Assembly (NCBI GenBank): GCA_963693365.1
Contig: CAVNZM010000001.1
Location: 21,212,125 to 21,276,124 of the forward strand
Direction: 5' to 3'
Length of the DNA: 64,000 nucleotides
Origin: Amoebidium appalachense
Lineage: Eukaryota > Protista > Ichthyosporea
In this document: positions 1 to 15,568 of the stretch, in pieces
How the letters are laid out: every line of letters starts with the position of its first letter
Numbering within the stretch: position 1 is the stretch's first letter
Program-made: the position numbers and the translations under genes
Notes under the pieces: model-generated
Databases searched by the model: none
Told to the model about the DNA's origin: nothing
The model's input: only the letters and a program-made list of their open reading frames with translations

Positions 1-2294
<2,294 letters not shown>

Positions 2295-3621
2295 GCCAAC
2301 GGCCAGTCCTCGCGCCGTTTCTGCCAAGCACGTGCGTGACTGTGTGTGTGCCTGCACAGGAGAGAGCGTGTGCAAACGGGGGTGGAGTCTGCAGGTGTGG
2401 GCCAGTTGGTGCACCTAGCACCTTACGAACACAAGGATTGTGGCTCGGCCTCTGTTTTACCCCCTTATTCCCAAGCTATCGCACCTATGGCTTGTGAATA
2501 TCGTCGCAGCAGTTGTGCTGCCTTGCAAAAGGGGCTCGAGGTGGCTAAAAGAAACCTCCTGCTGCCTAAGGGCCTACAGCTATATGCCATGAACTTATGT
2601 GCACTGCCCTAGTTGGTAAGTTTATTAAACACATAAGCGGTTGTTCGCCAATAGCCCCCCGTGCTCTACTACACTATATAGTGCGTAGCAACTAACTATT
2701 TTGTCGATCCTAAGAAAGTTTACAATTTCCTATACATGCACAAACACTGAAAAGCGACTGGAGGCCAGCCCTTGCAGGAGCCAGAAAGTCTGAGCCAGAG
2801 CACAGCTGTCAGGTTCAGCAACCGCAGAGTCGTTACGCAAAGAACATGAAAAAGTAGCCCTTAATGGCTATGTTTTGTTGATGCGTTATAAGCCAACGAA
2901 ACGTCGGCCTCGAGAACCGCCTATGGTTATATTCTTCGTGCTATGATACGTGCACCACTGCGGTCGACTTAGGTCAACGGTGCCAGGCTGCCAGCCTGCC
3001 GGCAGGAGTGTGAAGGGAGTGGCCCAGGTGTGTGAAGGAAGTGAAGGGTGTGGGTGGTTCAAAGCCTCCTAGCCTAGATACAACAGATCTTGGTGTGGTT
3101 GCATGTCTGTCAGGTGTGGGCGTGCTTTGCAGCGAGGGGAGTAGAAAGTCATATGTACGGGGGTGAAAGGTGATGAAATTTGCCTTGCAGGCGGCCGTGG
3201 GTAGGTGTGACGGTGGGTGTGCGACGGGCACATGCAGTGGATGGGCGTGACACTGTGCGTGTGCTGTTGAGTACAGGGCGCCGCAGACCCAGCAGGATGT
3301 GTAAAACTATGTAGCACAGGCTTCTACCCTAAGTGTGTACAACTTTACTACAGCCATTGTGCTTTTCATATTGTTGCTATGTCACAAGAAGCCCGTGGTC
3401 GATCGATCATGTCTGCATGTGCATTTAGGTTGGTTGTATGGGACTCCACGCTCTGTGAGTTTCAGCTTGTACGCGTGCGAGTCTGATGAGTATGTGTTTG
3501 CATGTGCGTGGTTGCGTTCGATGTGTGTCTATGTGTGCGTGCACGTGTGATGTGTGAAGTATTTTAGAAGGTTTGTGTGTTTTTACGTGTTGTGTGTTGT
3601 GTGTGTGTGTGTGTGTGTGTG

Positions 3622-3660
<39 letters not shown>

Positions 3661-4801
3661 ACGTGTGTGTGTGTGTGTATGTGCGCGTGTGTGTGTGCGC
3701 GTGCGTGCGTGTGTGCGCGTGCGTGTGCGTGTGCGTCTGTGCACAGACACAAGCGTAAGTTTGTGTGTCTAATATTTTTGCGTCTGTGCACCCCCAACTC
3801 CCCTTGCCAGCCAGAATGTGAATTCTTAAGCTAGCCGGCCCGCGGTGCAACAGCGGCATGCCCATGCAACCCTCGTAAACCAGCGTGCATGCGTAACCCC
3901 TTATGTTACACAGGTAAGTAACAGTGCCATCTTGCTGGCTTGCCCTCTGATGTCTGTCTGAGGCTGAATGAGTCCGGGATGAATGATGCTATGAATGACG
4001 CGGAGGTCTGGCGGCAAGCTCTACCTAGAGCTGGCTGCTATGAGTTTTGTATACAGTTGGCCAACAGGCAGATGATTGGGCGGCGACCTTGTGAATAAAA
4101 ACCCTGGCCCTATCACATAGCAGCAGAGGGGGGCAATGAAAACGTCGCTGCACCAGAAAATACCTTGCATTGTAAACGTACAAGCTGTTTCGACCTGCAC
4201 AGCACAAGCTTAACTGGTACCAGACTGATCAAAAGTTTTTTTAGAATTTAAATCAGTTATTAAAAAGTTCCTAGATTTGTTATTCAGCGTCGGTTTTTAT
4301 AATCTTAAAATGCTACTACCTGTTGCGCAATGCCAGGGTTCTGTTTTATTTGATGAACACTCAAATATTTTTATTTGCTCCTCTCGGAGCAAGACGTTAA
4401 CTTTTGAGATTCATTGATTTTGACAAAGACGGAGTCATGTAGCCTACAGAATATAACTGCTGCTTAATAAATCCTAGTTCTTAGCAATTAAGTGTTATTC
4501 TTGCAATTTCTTGAAAAAATGACAACAAAAACCTTTTTATTCGGGTAATATTCAAGATTATAACCCTGTATCCTTACATGCCGTAAACCTTAGAGGATTT
4601 AACGTGGTCGCGAACAATCTGGACATCCAGGGTGTCAAATATCTGCATTCAGGAATGAAACGCGCCGTTTGCGTTTGAGTCGTCTCAGTTTGATCCCTGC
4701 TCTGAGAAACACCGTGAAAACCTGTCCTGGAAAAGCCTGCCTCAGATACTGCCCCCTAAACGTGTTTTTTCGGCGTGGGCACGCTACACAACCTTTTGAA
4801 G

Positions 4802-4996
4802 ATGACTCGTGGTAACCAGCGTGATCTTGCGCGGGAGAAGGCGGCGAAGAAGGCGGCGGCCAAGAAGTCCAGCACCAGTGAGCGGTTGAGCGGCACGTCG
4901 CTGACCAAGAAGATGGAGTCGGACGCGGAGATTATGCGCCAGAAGCAGCTGGCCGCCCAGCAGAAGAAGGAGGCCGAGGCCGCCGGCAAGAAGTGA
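4802..4996 (+). CDS. SERF: SERF/4F5 family small EDRK-rich factor, 64 aa, single exon
   Basis: MTRGNQRDLAREKAAKK...MESDAEIMRQKQ matches the SERF signatures M.RGNQR(E/D)LAR and D..IM..KQ. Codon usage is GC3-rich, and AATAAA lies near 5152. Confidence 0.93.
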   Translation: MTRGNQRDLAREKAAKKAAAKKSSTSERLSGTSLTKKMESDAEIMRQKQLAAQQKKEAEAAGKK

Positions 4997-5705
4997 GCGG
5001 CGCTGAAACGGTGGGCGATAGCGTGGGGCCCTAGAGGCAGATTAACCGAACGTAGCAGCCTAAATTCAAACTAACGTAGTGAAAGGCGCTTTTGAAACAA
5101 CATTAGATACAGCGGGGGGTTGGGTTTTGAATGTTAAATAGCTTAATATGGCAATAAACGGGACACTACCCACTGTGTGGAGGGAAATTCTTTATCTACC
5201 TAAACGCAACCAGGGGTTCAATTCGGGTGTGTCTGCTGCTTTTCGGTGAAATGCTGAAGGTCCAGAAGCTTTCTCTTTTCTCTGATGCACACCTCCACCC
5301 CCTCTGGCACCCGTTCTCTACCCGCCAATTCCCGATACTGTAGCGGTGGTGTGCTTGTTGTTGCACAGGGTTGACTGCTTTCTGGGATTCGTTACCAAAG
5401 CAAGTTCTTTCTCTGCGTGTTGCATGGGCATGGCCAAAGCTTTTGATATAGCAAAACAAAAAACACACACACACACATACACACACACACACATGAATGC
5501 AAGTAGATCGCTTACTTTGCAAGTAGATCGCTTACTTCCTTGCAGGGTGTTTAACACTCATGCGTGCAAACCGTCATACTCGGGCACGTGCACCACACTG
5601 GGCGTATGAGACACGTGTTTTAATCTCCCGTGCGAGTCCACAAGCAGGCAGCTAAAGCACAGTGCACATGCGCCCGCGCTCCCAGATGTAAAAAGTGCTC
5701 GTATG

Positions 5706-5737
<32 letters not shown>

Positions 5738-6303
5738 CGCACTATAACACATGAATCTTAAACACGGATACGGATGCACAAACCACGCACTCACCAAATA
5801 TATCCATGTACAACAGTATTCCTGCACGCATACATACGGGGACGGCCTCTAAGCATACACACATAGCATGCCCTCTCACACACACACCACAGTCTGCAAA
5901 CACGACCCGAAACCTTTTGCTTTGCTCACTGACATCTTTGCTATGGCCTGACCTGTGTGCCAGCACGTGAGTAGGGACAAAACTAGCTGCCATAGTCAGC
6001 AGGTTGACTAGTCTGCTCTCAGACACCTTCACCTGCTCTTTCCTGCACGCCTTCGTGGTGCTTGCTATACACCCTTCACAGTGCACTGCATGGTTAAGCA
6101 CCCAGCACACACTAGCCCTTGCTGTTTGCTCGTGCACACGCTTGATCTGGCCCTTGCATCCTATCAACCGCACCTGGACCTTGTGCGCACATTTTCAGTT
6201 CCTGACTTTCCTGTGTTGGGAGAGTGCTTGCACATGCCCCGTTTGCGCTCAGACGTGTGTTCCATCATTTGCCGATACACCGTAGACACAACACACGTTT
6301 TGG

Positions 6304-6334
<31 letters not shown>

Positions 6335-6943
6335 ACCTCCTCCCCCCTTGAGCACCCGCTGCCGGGCCCCTCAGACTATACCACCACCACCCCGTTGTCT
6401 ACCAATAACTATTAACATATACCCTCCCGTCTCCGATACGTCCATGTGTGGGCTCTGAAAACATACACACTCCCCTTTCCTCCATGTCCATCCCCCCGGT
6501 GGCCTCACACGAAACAGCGCTTCTATGACCTGCATTGTCCCTCCCCCCACCACCCAAGCCGCTGCAGCGCAAGATGTTTTTTCCGGATAAAATTTGCTAC
6601 CCACCACCACCTTATGCAACAGCCACACTGTAGCACACCCTTGCATCCACACACACACACGGATGCAAGCCGACTGTGCTATCCCCCCCCACCCACACCT
6701 GCCCACCCACACCCCATCCGTGACCACCACCATCCACCTCCATATGCAACACACACACTTTGAAGCACACGCACACGCACAGACAGACAGACACAAACAC
6801 ACACACACGACACACGCATGCACGCACGCACACCCACACGCTAATCCAGATACGCCATCCCCCCCCCCCCCCCCCCCTCCCCCCCCCCAACCACCACCAC
6901 CACCAGCACCACCACTCTATGCAACACGCACACTTTTCACACA

Positions 6944-6985
<42 letters not shown>

Positions 6986-7040
6986 ACACACACACGCACA
7001 CACACACAGTCATGCAAACCGGCTATTCCATCTCTTCTCC

Positions 7041-7083
<43 letters not shown>

Positions 7084-7860
7084 TGCCCTGCCCCACCCAC
7101 CCACCACCACCACCACCACCACCACCGGGCCCAACCACACACATGCCCCCCCCCTCCACACACACACACACACACGAACACATACACACAATCCACATAC
7201 AGTTTGACACACACACACCACCATCTTTACCACCACCACCGGGCCCCCACCACACACATGCGCATGCACACGACTTCAGAGTACCTCGGCCGGCACTGGC
7301 CAATGATATGACGAGCACAACACACTCAATACACACCCACGTGTGCACACTGCAGCTGTGACATTTGGATACTTAGTGACACCACGAGTGCATACATGCA
7401 CAGGCACACACGGTTGCGGGTTCACTTCTGCACTAGCCCGTCCCATACACATTCAAATGTACATGCACGTCGTGTGCCCTGGCCTCCCTCGAAACCAACC
7501 ATCACCACCCCTCTCCAATCACCCTTGCGTACGCAAGCAACCCCACGTATGAATCATGATGGTGCCAGCTGACAGTGTGGTTCCCGCCATCACTTTCGGT
7601 GTACACACCACATGCACACCCATATAGTATGATGTATGGCGAAGTACACTGGCCACACTGGTAATTATACGGTCTGTGTCTCTTAGCTGGCTTGATCATG
7701 AGAAACCGCAGACTGTCGCATCGTTGTGCAAAACATACACTGCCACACCATGCCGGAGCTGATGATCATCATGATGGCTGGAACGTGTCACGTGCCATGA
7801 CCACATGCAAGTATCACTGCGTGGACAGTTGCTGGGTGTGCATGCACCAGGCAGCCCGCC

Positions 7861-8224
7861 CAGAGAGCAAGCTGCAGCTGCATGTGGCTGCACATGCCAA
7901 TGGCCATGGCAAGAACCTGTGTACTGGTTGCAGATGTTGGGCCTGTGCAGCTGGCCCATGCATGGTGACTCGTACTGGCAACAGAGAGCAAGCTGCAGCT
8001 GCATGTGGCTGCACATGCCAATGGCCATGGCAAGAACCTGTGTACTGGTTGCAGATGTTGGGCCTGTGCAGCTGGCCCATGCATGGTGACTCGTACTGGC
8101 AACAGAGAGCAAGCTGCAGCTGCATGTGGCTGCACATGCCAATGGCCATGGCAAGAACCTGTGTACTGGTTGCAGATGTTGGGCCTGTGCAGCTGGCCCA
8201 TGCATGGTGACTCGTACTGGCAAC
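7861..8224. repeat. 121-bp tandem repeat, 3 near-identical copies
   Basis: Unit starts CAGAGAGCAAGCTGCAGCTG at 7861, 7982 and 8103; intergenic, downstream of DCAF1. Confidence 0.92.
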
Positions 8225-8847
8225 TACTGACACAGAAATTACACACAAGCAGCATGAGTACGTGTACACATGTGCCCGTGCACGGACTATTACACACATG
8301 TTGACACATGCAGTGACCCATGCACATGCACCCAAGGGCATGCACCACATTATACAGGGTCAGCCCATACAAGTACATTTACCAACACAACTATTATCAA
8401 TACACAGGCATATTAAAGGCCGACCCAGACACAAATTCAGATCCACTTTCTACTGGCCATGCATATGGAACACTACATGCCAGGTCTTGCATGCATATAT
8501 CCACTGGAAACAGCATCACGTACAAATAAGAGTTACCCAGCATTCACATTCGCCTGCCATGCATGTATCCTTCCACCGAAGACATAAGGAACTTGGAAGT
8601 ATTTGGAAGTATGCGGGCCCTTAAAAGGCAAACACAGAAAGCAGCTTCTGGGAGTCATGGAAAAAAGAAGACCGTTATATTTTTATTCGGTCATCACAGA
8701 ACAATACGGGCATCACGATGCGTGCTTCAGTCTATTCGATTGGTGCCTGCCACCGCTGCACGTCTAAGCGTTGCCAGCCACCAGCACGTATGTGTGTGTG
8801 TGCATGGTGGCTCCTAGGGTCATTCATTCCTGCCTGGGCCAGCCAGG

Positions 8848-9157
8848 CTACGCCATGATCTCAAAGGGCATGCTGCCGATGCTTTCGCTGTCGCTCCACG
8901 TCTCACTGTCTACGTGGTCGTCATCCTCAGAGTCCTGTGCACGGGTCCAAACGTCAATACTCACCCCACCAACAAAGCAAGCACGCACGCCCACACACAC
9001 ACCCCCCCACCCCAACACATGCACGTGCAGCACTCACGTCATCATCTTCATCCCCGCTGCCCACATCCGGGTCGCTATCATCGTCTGTGGGCATGCGGCG
9101 GCCCACCTCATACAGCCGGCACACACCATCGGCACCAGGCATCCCATCCGCCATGGG

Positions 9158-9203
<46 letters not shown>

Positions 9204-9965
9204 CCCGCATGTGTGGTGGTCAGTTGTGATGGTGGTGATCGGGCGGGGCCGGGGGGGGGGGGGGGGGGGGGGGAGCGAGAGAGCGAGGGAAGGAACTCAA
9301 ATATGAAGCTGGTTGACAAGCAACACTGCCATCAAACCCCTCAATCGTCGATGGTGTGTGGTGCTACTCCTCAGCAGCCCCTCGTGCTACCTGACACGAC
9401 AAATACAACACATAACACCACATACGAAGCACATCAAACCACATGCACGGGAGCCCCACACACATAAATATATCACAGAGCCCCCGGGTGACCTTTGAAG
9501 GAAACAGCATGGCTGGCTAGGTGCGTGTCTGAAAATGGGTGCCACAAAAAAAAAAAAGGGTAGTGGTGATGGTGGTGGTGGTGGTGGTGTTCGGGGGGAG
9601 GGGAGAGGGGGGGGGGTGGTTGGCAAGGGCAAGGTGGTTTGTCGGCCAGCACTAAACACGGGCATGCACTTAGGGCCAGGCACAGGCAGCAAGAGCATGC
9701 AGGTGCAGTGTGCATGCACATGGATGCGCGAGCACAAAGGTGTTACCTCGCACACGGCTATGTGGTCGTCCGAGGGGGCCAGGGCCAGGTCGATGATCGA
9801 ACGTTCCAGATCAACCGTTGCTATGGGGCTGTAGTCGAGGGCACTGTGCGTACGGAACGACGACCCAAACTGGTTGCGCGCCTGACGCTGCTCCTCATCG
9901 TAGTTGCGGATGACTGCGTGTGCGTGTGTGTGTGTGTGCGTGTGTGTGTGCGTGCGCGTGCGCGT

Positions 9966-10003
<38 letters not shown>

Positions 10004-10040
10004 TTGTGTGTGTGTGCGTGCGTGCGTGTGAGTGTTTGTT

Positions 10041-10094
<54 letters not shown>

Positions 10095-11930
10095 CGTGTG
10101 TGTGCCTGTGTGCTGAAAAAGTTAAGAATTTATTGCGATTAGTTAAAGTACTTGTAGCAAGTGAAATCATTTCCAGTTGTACACAATGCTTGAGTGAGTG
10201 AGTGAGTTGAGTGAGTGAGTGGGTGAGTGAGTGAGTGAGTGAGTAAAGGAGGGAGTCAGTGAGCGAAGGAGTGAGGAATGGGTGGGTGAGTGAGTTGAGT
10301 GAGTGTGAGTAGGCGAGTGTGTGTGTGCTCTTGTGTGTGTGCCGAAAAAGAAAAGCCGTTACGGAATATTTGGATACAAGTGGCAAGTGGAAACATTGTT
10401 CCATCGTACACGCGCTTGAGTAAGTGAGTGAGTGAATGAGTGAGTGAGTGAGTGAATGAGTGAGCGAGTGAGTGAGTGAGTGAATGAGTGAGTGAGTGAA
10501 TGAGTGAGTGAGTGAGTGAGTGAGTGAGTGAGTGAGTGAGTGAGTGAATGAATGAGTGAGTGAGTGAGTGAGTGAGTGAATGAATGAGTGAGTGAGTGAG
10601 TGAGTGAGTGAGTGAATGAGTGAGTGAGTGAATGAGTGAGTGAGTGAATGAGTGAGTGAGTGAATGAGTGAGTGAGTGAGTGAGTGAGTGAGTGAATGAG
10701 TGAGTGAGTGAGTGAATGAGTGAGTGAGTGAGTGAATGAGTGAGTGAGTGAATGAGTGAGTGAGTGAATGAGTGAGCAAGTGAGTGGGTGGGTGGGTGGG
10801 TAAGTGAGGTTTGTGTATGTGCGCGCGCTTGTGAGAACATGCGTGTGAGAGCGTGTGTAAGTGTGCCGTGTGCGGTGTCAAGTGTCTGAGGTGTGGTGCA
10901 AGAGGTGTGGTGTGTGTGCGCACGGGAGGGTATGTGTCTGGGTACTATTGAATGTTCGTGATGTGAATGGTGTGTGTGTGTGTGCACCTTTGCGGTGTCA
11001 TGTGGTGTGTGTGATTGTGTGTGTGTCTGGAGTGCCTTTGTGCGTGTGTGTATGCGTGTCTGTATGTGTGGTGTATGTGTGTGTGCATGCATGTGCATGT
11101 GTGTGTGTGTGTGTGCATGTGTGTGCATGTGTGTGTCTGGAGTGTCTTTGTGTGTGTGTGCATGTATGTACATGTGTGTGTCTGGAGTGTCTTTGTGTGT
11201 GTGTGGGCATGTGTGTACATGTGTCTGTCTGGAGTGTCTTTGTGTGTGTGTGTGCATGTGTGTACATGTGTGTGTCTGGAGTGTCTTTGTGTGTGTGTGC
11301 ATGTGGGCATGTGTGCATGCACGTACCTCCATACAGCACATCCTGCTGGTTTGTGAAGGTCACCTGTGCCTGGTCCAGTGCCGGGCACGTGCGCAGCAGC
11401 TTGAAGCTGCGCATGTCCCACTGCACCCCCCAGTGTGAGCCAATCACGTTGCATGGTTACACGCCATACATGGGCACAAAGTGATGTCAGCCAATCAAGT
11501 GCATGCATACTACAGCGAGCCAAGTACCCCCCAGTGTGAGCCAATCGTTTTGCATGATTACAGACCATACAGCACATGGCCACAAAGTGATGTCAGCCAA
11601 TCACGTTGCACAATTACACTCCATACATGGACACAGAGTGACGTGTTGCAATAAACTCCTCCTGATGCATTAGTAAGCGCATATATCCTCTAGATCCCCC
11701 CCCCGGGACACCAGGCCACGTACCACCTCCGAGTTTATGATGATCTCCAGGCCGTTGGGGTGGAATGCGCCGTTTGCTGCGCTGTTGAACTTGTCGAACT
11801 TGTGGATCTTGAGTTTCATCCGGGGGTCCCACAGCACCCCGTCAGAAAGCACGAGATCGTCCGTGGGGTTGAAGCACGCACAGTTGCGCTGCAAGGCCCA
11901 GTGTGAGCACACACACACACACGCACACGC

Positions 11931-11975
<45 letters not shown>

Positions 11976-12011
11976 CACACACACAGTGGTTGCACGTGCA
12001 GCACGTGGATG

Positions 12012-12050
<39 letters not shown>

Positions 12051-12113
12051 TTGCTGGGCCATCCCCACACAGGTGCACGCTGGCTTCCACCATATACTTC
12101 ATCCATAACCCTT

Positions 12114-12144
<31 letters not shown>

Positions 12145-14969
12145 AAATAAATAAATGAATAAATAAACCAACCAACCAACCAACAAACAAACAAATATAT
12201 AAATAAGTAAGAAATCACAGACCCCCACGCACCTCCTCATCTCCTGCCGGTGCCGGCGATGGGTCTACCAGGGTAGTGGTGAGCCTGAACGTGTCTGCGC
12301 TGTAGATGCGCACGGTGGTGCCGCTGGTGCCGATCACCTGGCGCTCACCCACATTGGACCACAGTACAATGTCGTCCTCAAACCGCACCTGCGGCTCATG
12401 CATGTTGCTGACCCGCCACAGCGCTGAGCTCGGTGACCTGCAGGTGTGTGCATGTGGGTGTTGGTTAGGTGTGTGTGTGTGTGGGTTAGGTGTGTGCATG
12501 TGGGTGTTGGTTAGGTGTGTGTGTGGGTTAGGTGTGTGCATGTGGGTGTTGGTTAGGTGTGTGCATGTGGGTGTTGGTTAGGTGTGTGCATGTGGGTGTT
12601 GGTTAGGTGTGTGTGTGGGTTAGGTGTGTGCATGTGGGTGTTGGTTAGGTGTGCGTGTGGGTTAGGTGTGTGCATGTGAGTGTTGCTTAGGTGTGTGCAT
12701 GTGGGTGTTGGTTAGGTGTGTGTGTGGGTTAGGTGTGTGCATGTGGGTGTTGGTTAGGTGTGTGTGTGGGTTAGGTGTGTGCATGTGGGTGTTGGTTAGG
12801 TGTGTGTGTGGGTTAGGTGTGTGCATGTGGGTGTTGGTTAGGTGTGTGTGTGGGTTAGGTGTGTGCATGTGGGTGTGGGCATTAGATATGTGCATGTGGG
12901 TGTAAGGTGGGTACATGCGAGTGCTCGGCATGTGCATGTAAGTGATACGGGTGTATGTGTGTGTGTGTGTGTGTATGTGGGGGTTACCATGTGTAGATCT
13001 GGGTGTGTGGGCGAGCGGATACATGTGTGTGTGTGTGTGTGTGAGTGTGTGAGTGCGTGAGTGCGTGAGTGATTATGTATGTGAGTGAATATATGCGTGT
13101 GTATGACTGTGAGAGTGTGAGTGTGTATGGGTGAGTATGTGTGTGTGCCGTATGTTTGTGTGACTAGTGTGTACGTGTGGTGGGTGCTGCAGTGGCAGCC
13201 AGCGGTTTGATGTTCTCCCGGGCCACAACACCTGTTCAAGGCCCCATCCCACACCCACCTACATCACACACCCACCTATACCACACACTTCATCCCACAC
13301 CCACCTACATCACACACCCATCTATACCACACACTTCATCCCACACCTGCCACTACTACTCACCGCCTACCCCACACTCCACCCTTTGCCAGCCCCCCCC
13401 CCCCAACAAAAAGCACATACTCTGACGGTGCCGGGCTAGACGTGAGCATGTGTGTGCCTGAGCGTGTCGGGCGCACACTCCAGATGTAGCCGTCGTGGCA
13501 CTGCCAGGCCTCAGTCAGGGTGGATGTGCGCACGTCAAACAGCAGCAGCTCCCCAAGGTGTGTGCCGGCCACTAGCTGCTCCCTGGGTGTATGAAAGTCA
13601 GCACCAAGCAGGTGAGCAAGGTACAAGCAGGTGAGCAAGGGCAGCACCAGGCAGGTGAGCAAGGGCCAAGCAGGTGAGCAAGGGCAGCACCAAGCAGGTG
13701 AGCAAGGCGAGGCCTGCTGCCCACCAAGTATGTTACCCCCTGCATCCCCCCCAGGCACGTACCCCCTCTGGCCCAGGAAGGCTACGCAGGTCATGGTGGT
13801 GGCCTCCTTCCTGTAGACCCGTGTGGGCCGGAACCGACTGTGCAGCATCTTGCGGTACGCTGCTCGCCCACCCAGCCCCCCGTAGCCCAGCCCGCACTGC
13901 CCGTCAAACACCCTGCAGAGGACAAGCAGTGAGATGTGAGCCCAGAATGGGGGAGAGGAGGGGGAGGAAAGAGGGGAAGGGGGGGGGGGGGGGGGGGGGT
14001 GAGCACGGACCTCCTAGCCAGGTTGGGGTGTGCCGAGGCCGTGAGGACAGGCACGGGGCAGCTGTGTGGGGTCAGCAGGGACAGGGGGGGCAGCACGGCC
14101 ACGGGGTTGGGGCAGTGGGCATGCTGGTCCCGCAGGTACTGGGTCACGATGCGGTCTAATGTCACCGCACTGCCTGTGGTGCGCCCAGGCGCCTGCTCCC
14201 TCGTCTGTGTGCCGGGGGGCTGCTGAACCACACGGCCGGGCCTGGGCTGAGGCGCATGCGTGGGGGCAGGCGTGGCATGGTGCGTGGGTGGGGGGGGTGC
14301 GGGCGCTTCGGGGCGGTATTCGGTGGGTGGTTTTGATTGGCTGGGGGGTTAGGAATGCCGTGCCATTGGCCAGGGTGGCTGGTGGGTTGCCTGGGCGGGT
14401 GCGGGGGGGCTGGGGGGTGGTGGCCATAGGCAGGGGGGCCGGGTCCTTGGCGGGTGGTGGGGGCGGAGGAAGCGCCGGCCGCTGGGGGGTGGTGAAGGTG
14501 GACGTGGCTGGACGGGTGGCTGGCGGTGCGGGGGGCTGGCGGGGGGTGTTGGGGGGGTTGCCTACAGAGAGCACCCGGGGAGTGGGGGCTGGGGGGGCCC
14601 TGGGAACGAGGGGGGTGGAGGCCACTAGCGGGCCGGGGGTTGGCGCCGCTGCCATTGGCAGGTCGGGGGGCAGGTTGGCCTCCTCGGCCAGCAGGCGGGC
14701 GGTCCTGACCAGACCCTCGCTCTGCAGGTGCTGCATGATCAGCAGCAGCAGCTCCCTGGGCGCATACTGTACCCGTGTCTGGGCCACAATGGCACTGCGC
14801 TCCAGCATGGTCAGCAGGTGGTCTGCCGTCTCCACCGCAACAGTCCCCACGGCCTTGCCCGTCAGCCGGGCTATCAGCTCGGCCCCGTAGCTGCGAAACT
14901 GAACATGGGCACCCCCATTGTCGGCCACCACGGGCTCACGCATGAGCTCACTCAGCTGGCTGCTGACCT

Positions 14970-15003
<34 letters not shown>

Positions 15004-15010
15004 TTTGTTT

Positions 15011-15078
<68 letters not shown>

Positions 15079-15483
15079 TGGCGCCGGGGGCTGGGGGGGC
15101 AGGTGTGTGTGCATCTTTTGGTGGCCATGACTACTTCAACACATCACTTCATTTCACATCACAAACACTACCTCACATGCTGCCTTAAGGCATCCACCAA
15201 CTCCCTTCCCTCCCCCCTCCCCCCTCCCCCTCCCAAAAAGGAAAAAAGATCCTGCTGACCGCCCCCCCCCCCCCCCCCCTCCCCCCCCTCCCCCCCCCCT
15301 CTTCACACACACACCCTAAATACATCACACAAATACACCATCCAGGACTCCCCCCCACCTGCAGCTTGCCGAGGATCTGCTTCACGTGGTGGTTCTGCGA
15401 CAGCCCCAGCAGTGCCTTGCAGGCCAGCGCCCGGATGGCATCGGCATGCACCAGCGGGGTGCGCTCGTGCAGCAGGGACAGCA

Positions 15484-15568
<85 letters not shown>

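Noticed and set aside
3014-3075. tRNA- or SINE-like A/B boxes (TGGCCCAGG ... GGTTCAAAGCC)
   Set aside because: The A box is degenerate, the spacing is short and no cloverleaf can be folded. The B-box-like GGTTCAATTC near 5215 is likewise isolated.
12460-12860. TTAGG motifs suggesting telomeric repeats
   Set aside because: The motif is embedded in a 42-bp GT-rich unit rather than tandem TTAGG(G); better read as a minisatellite with antisense CCTAAC.
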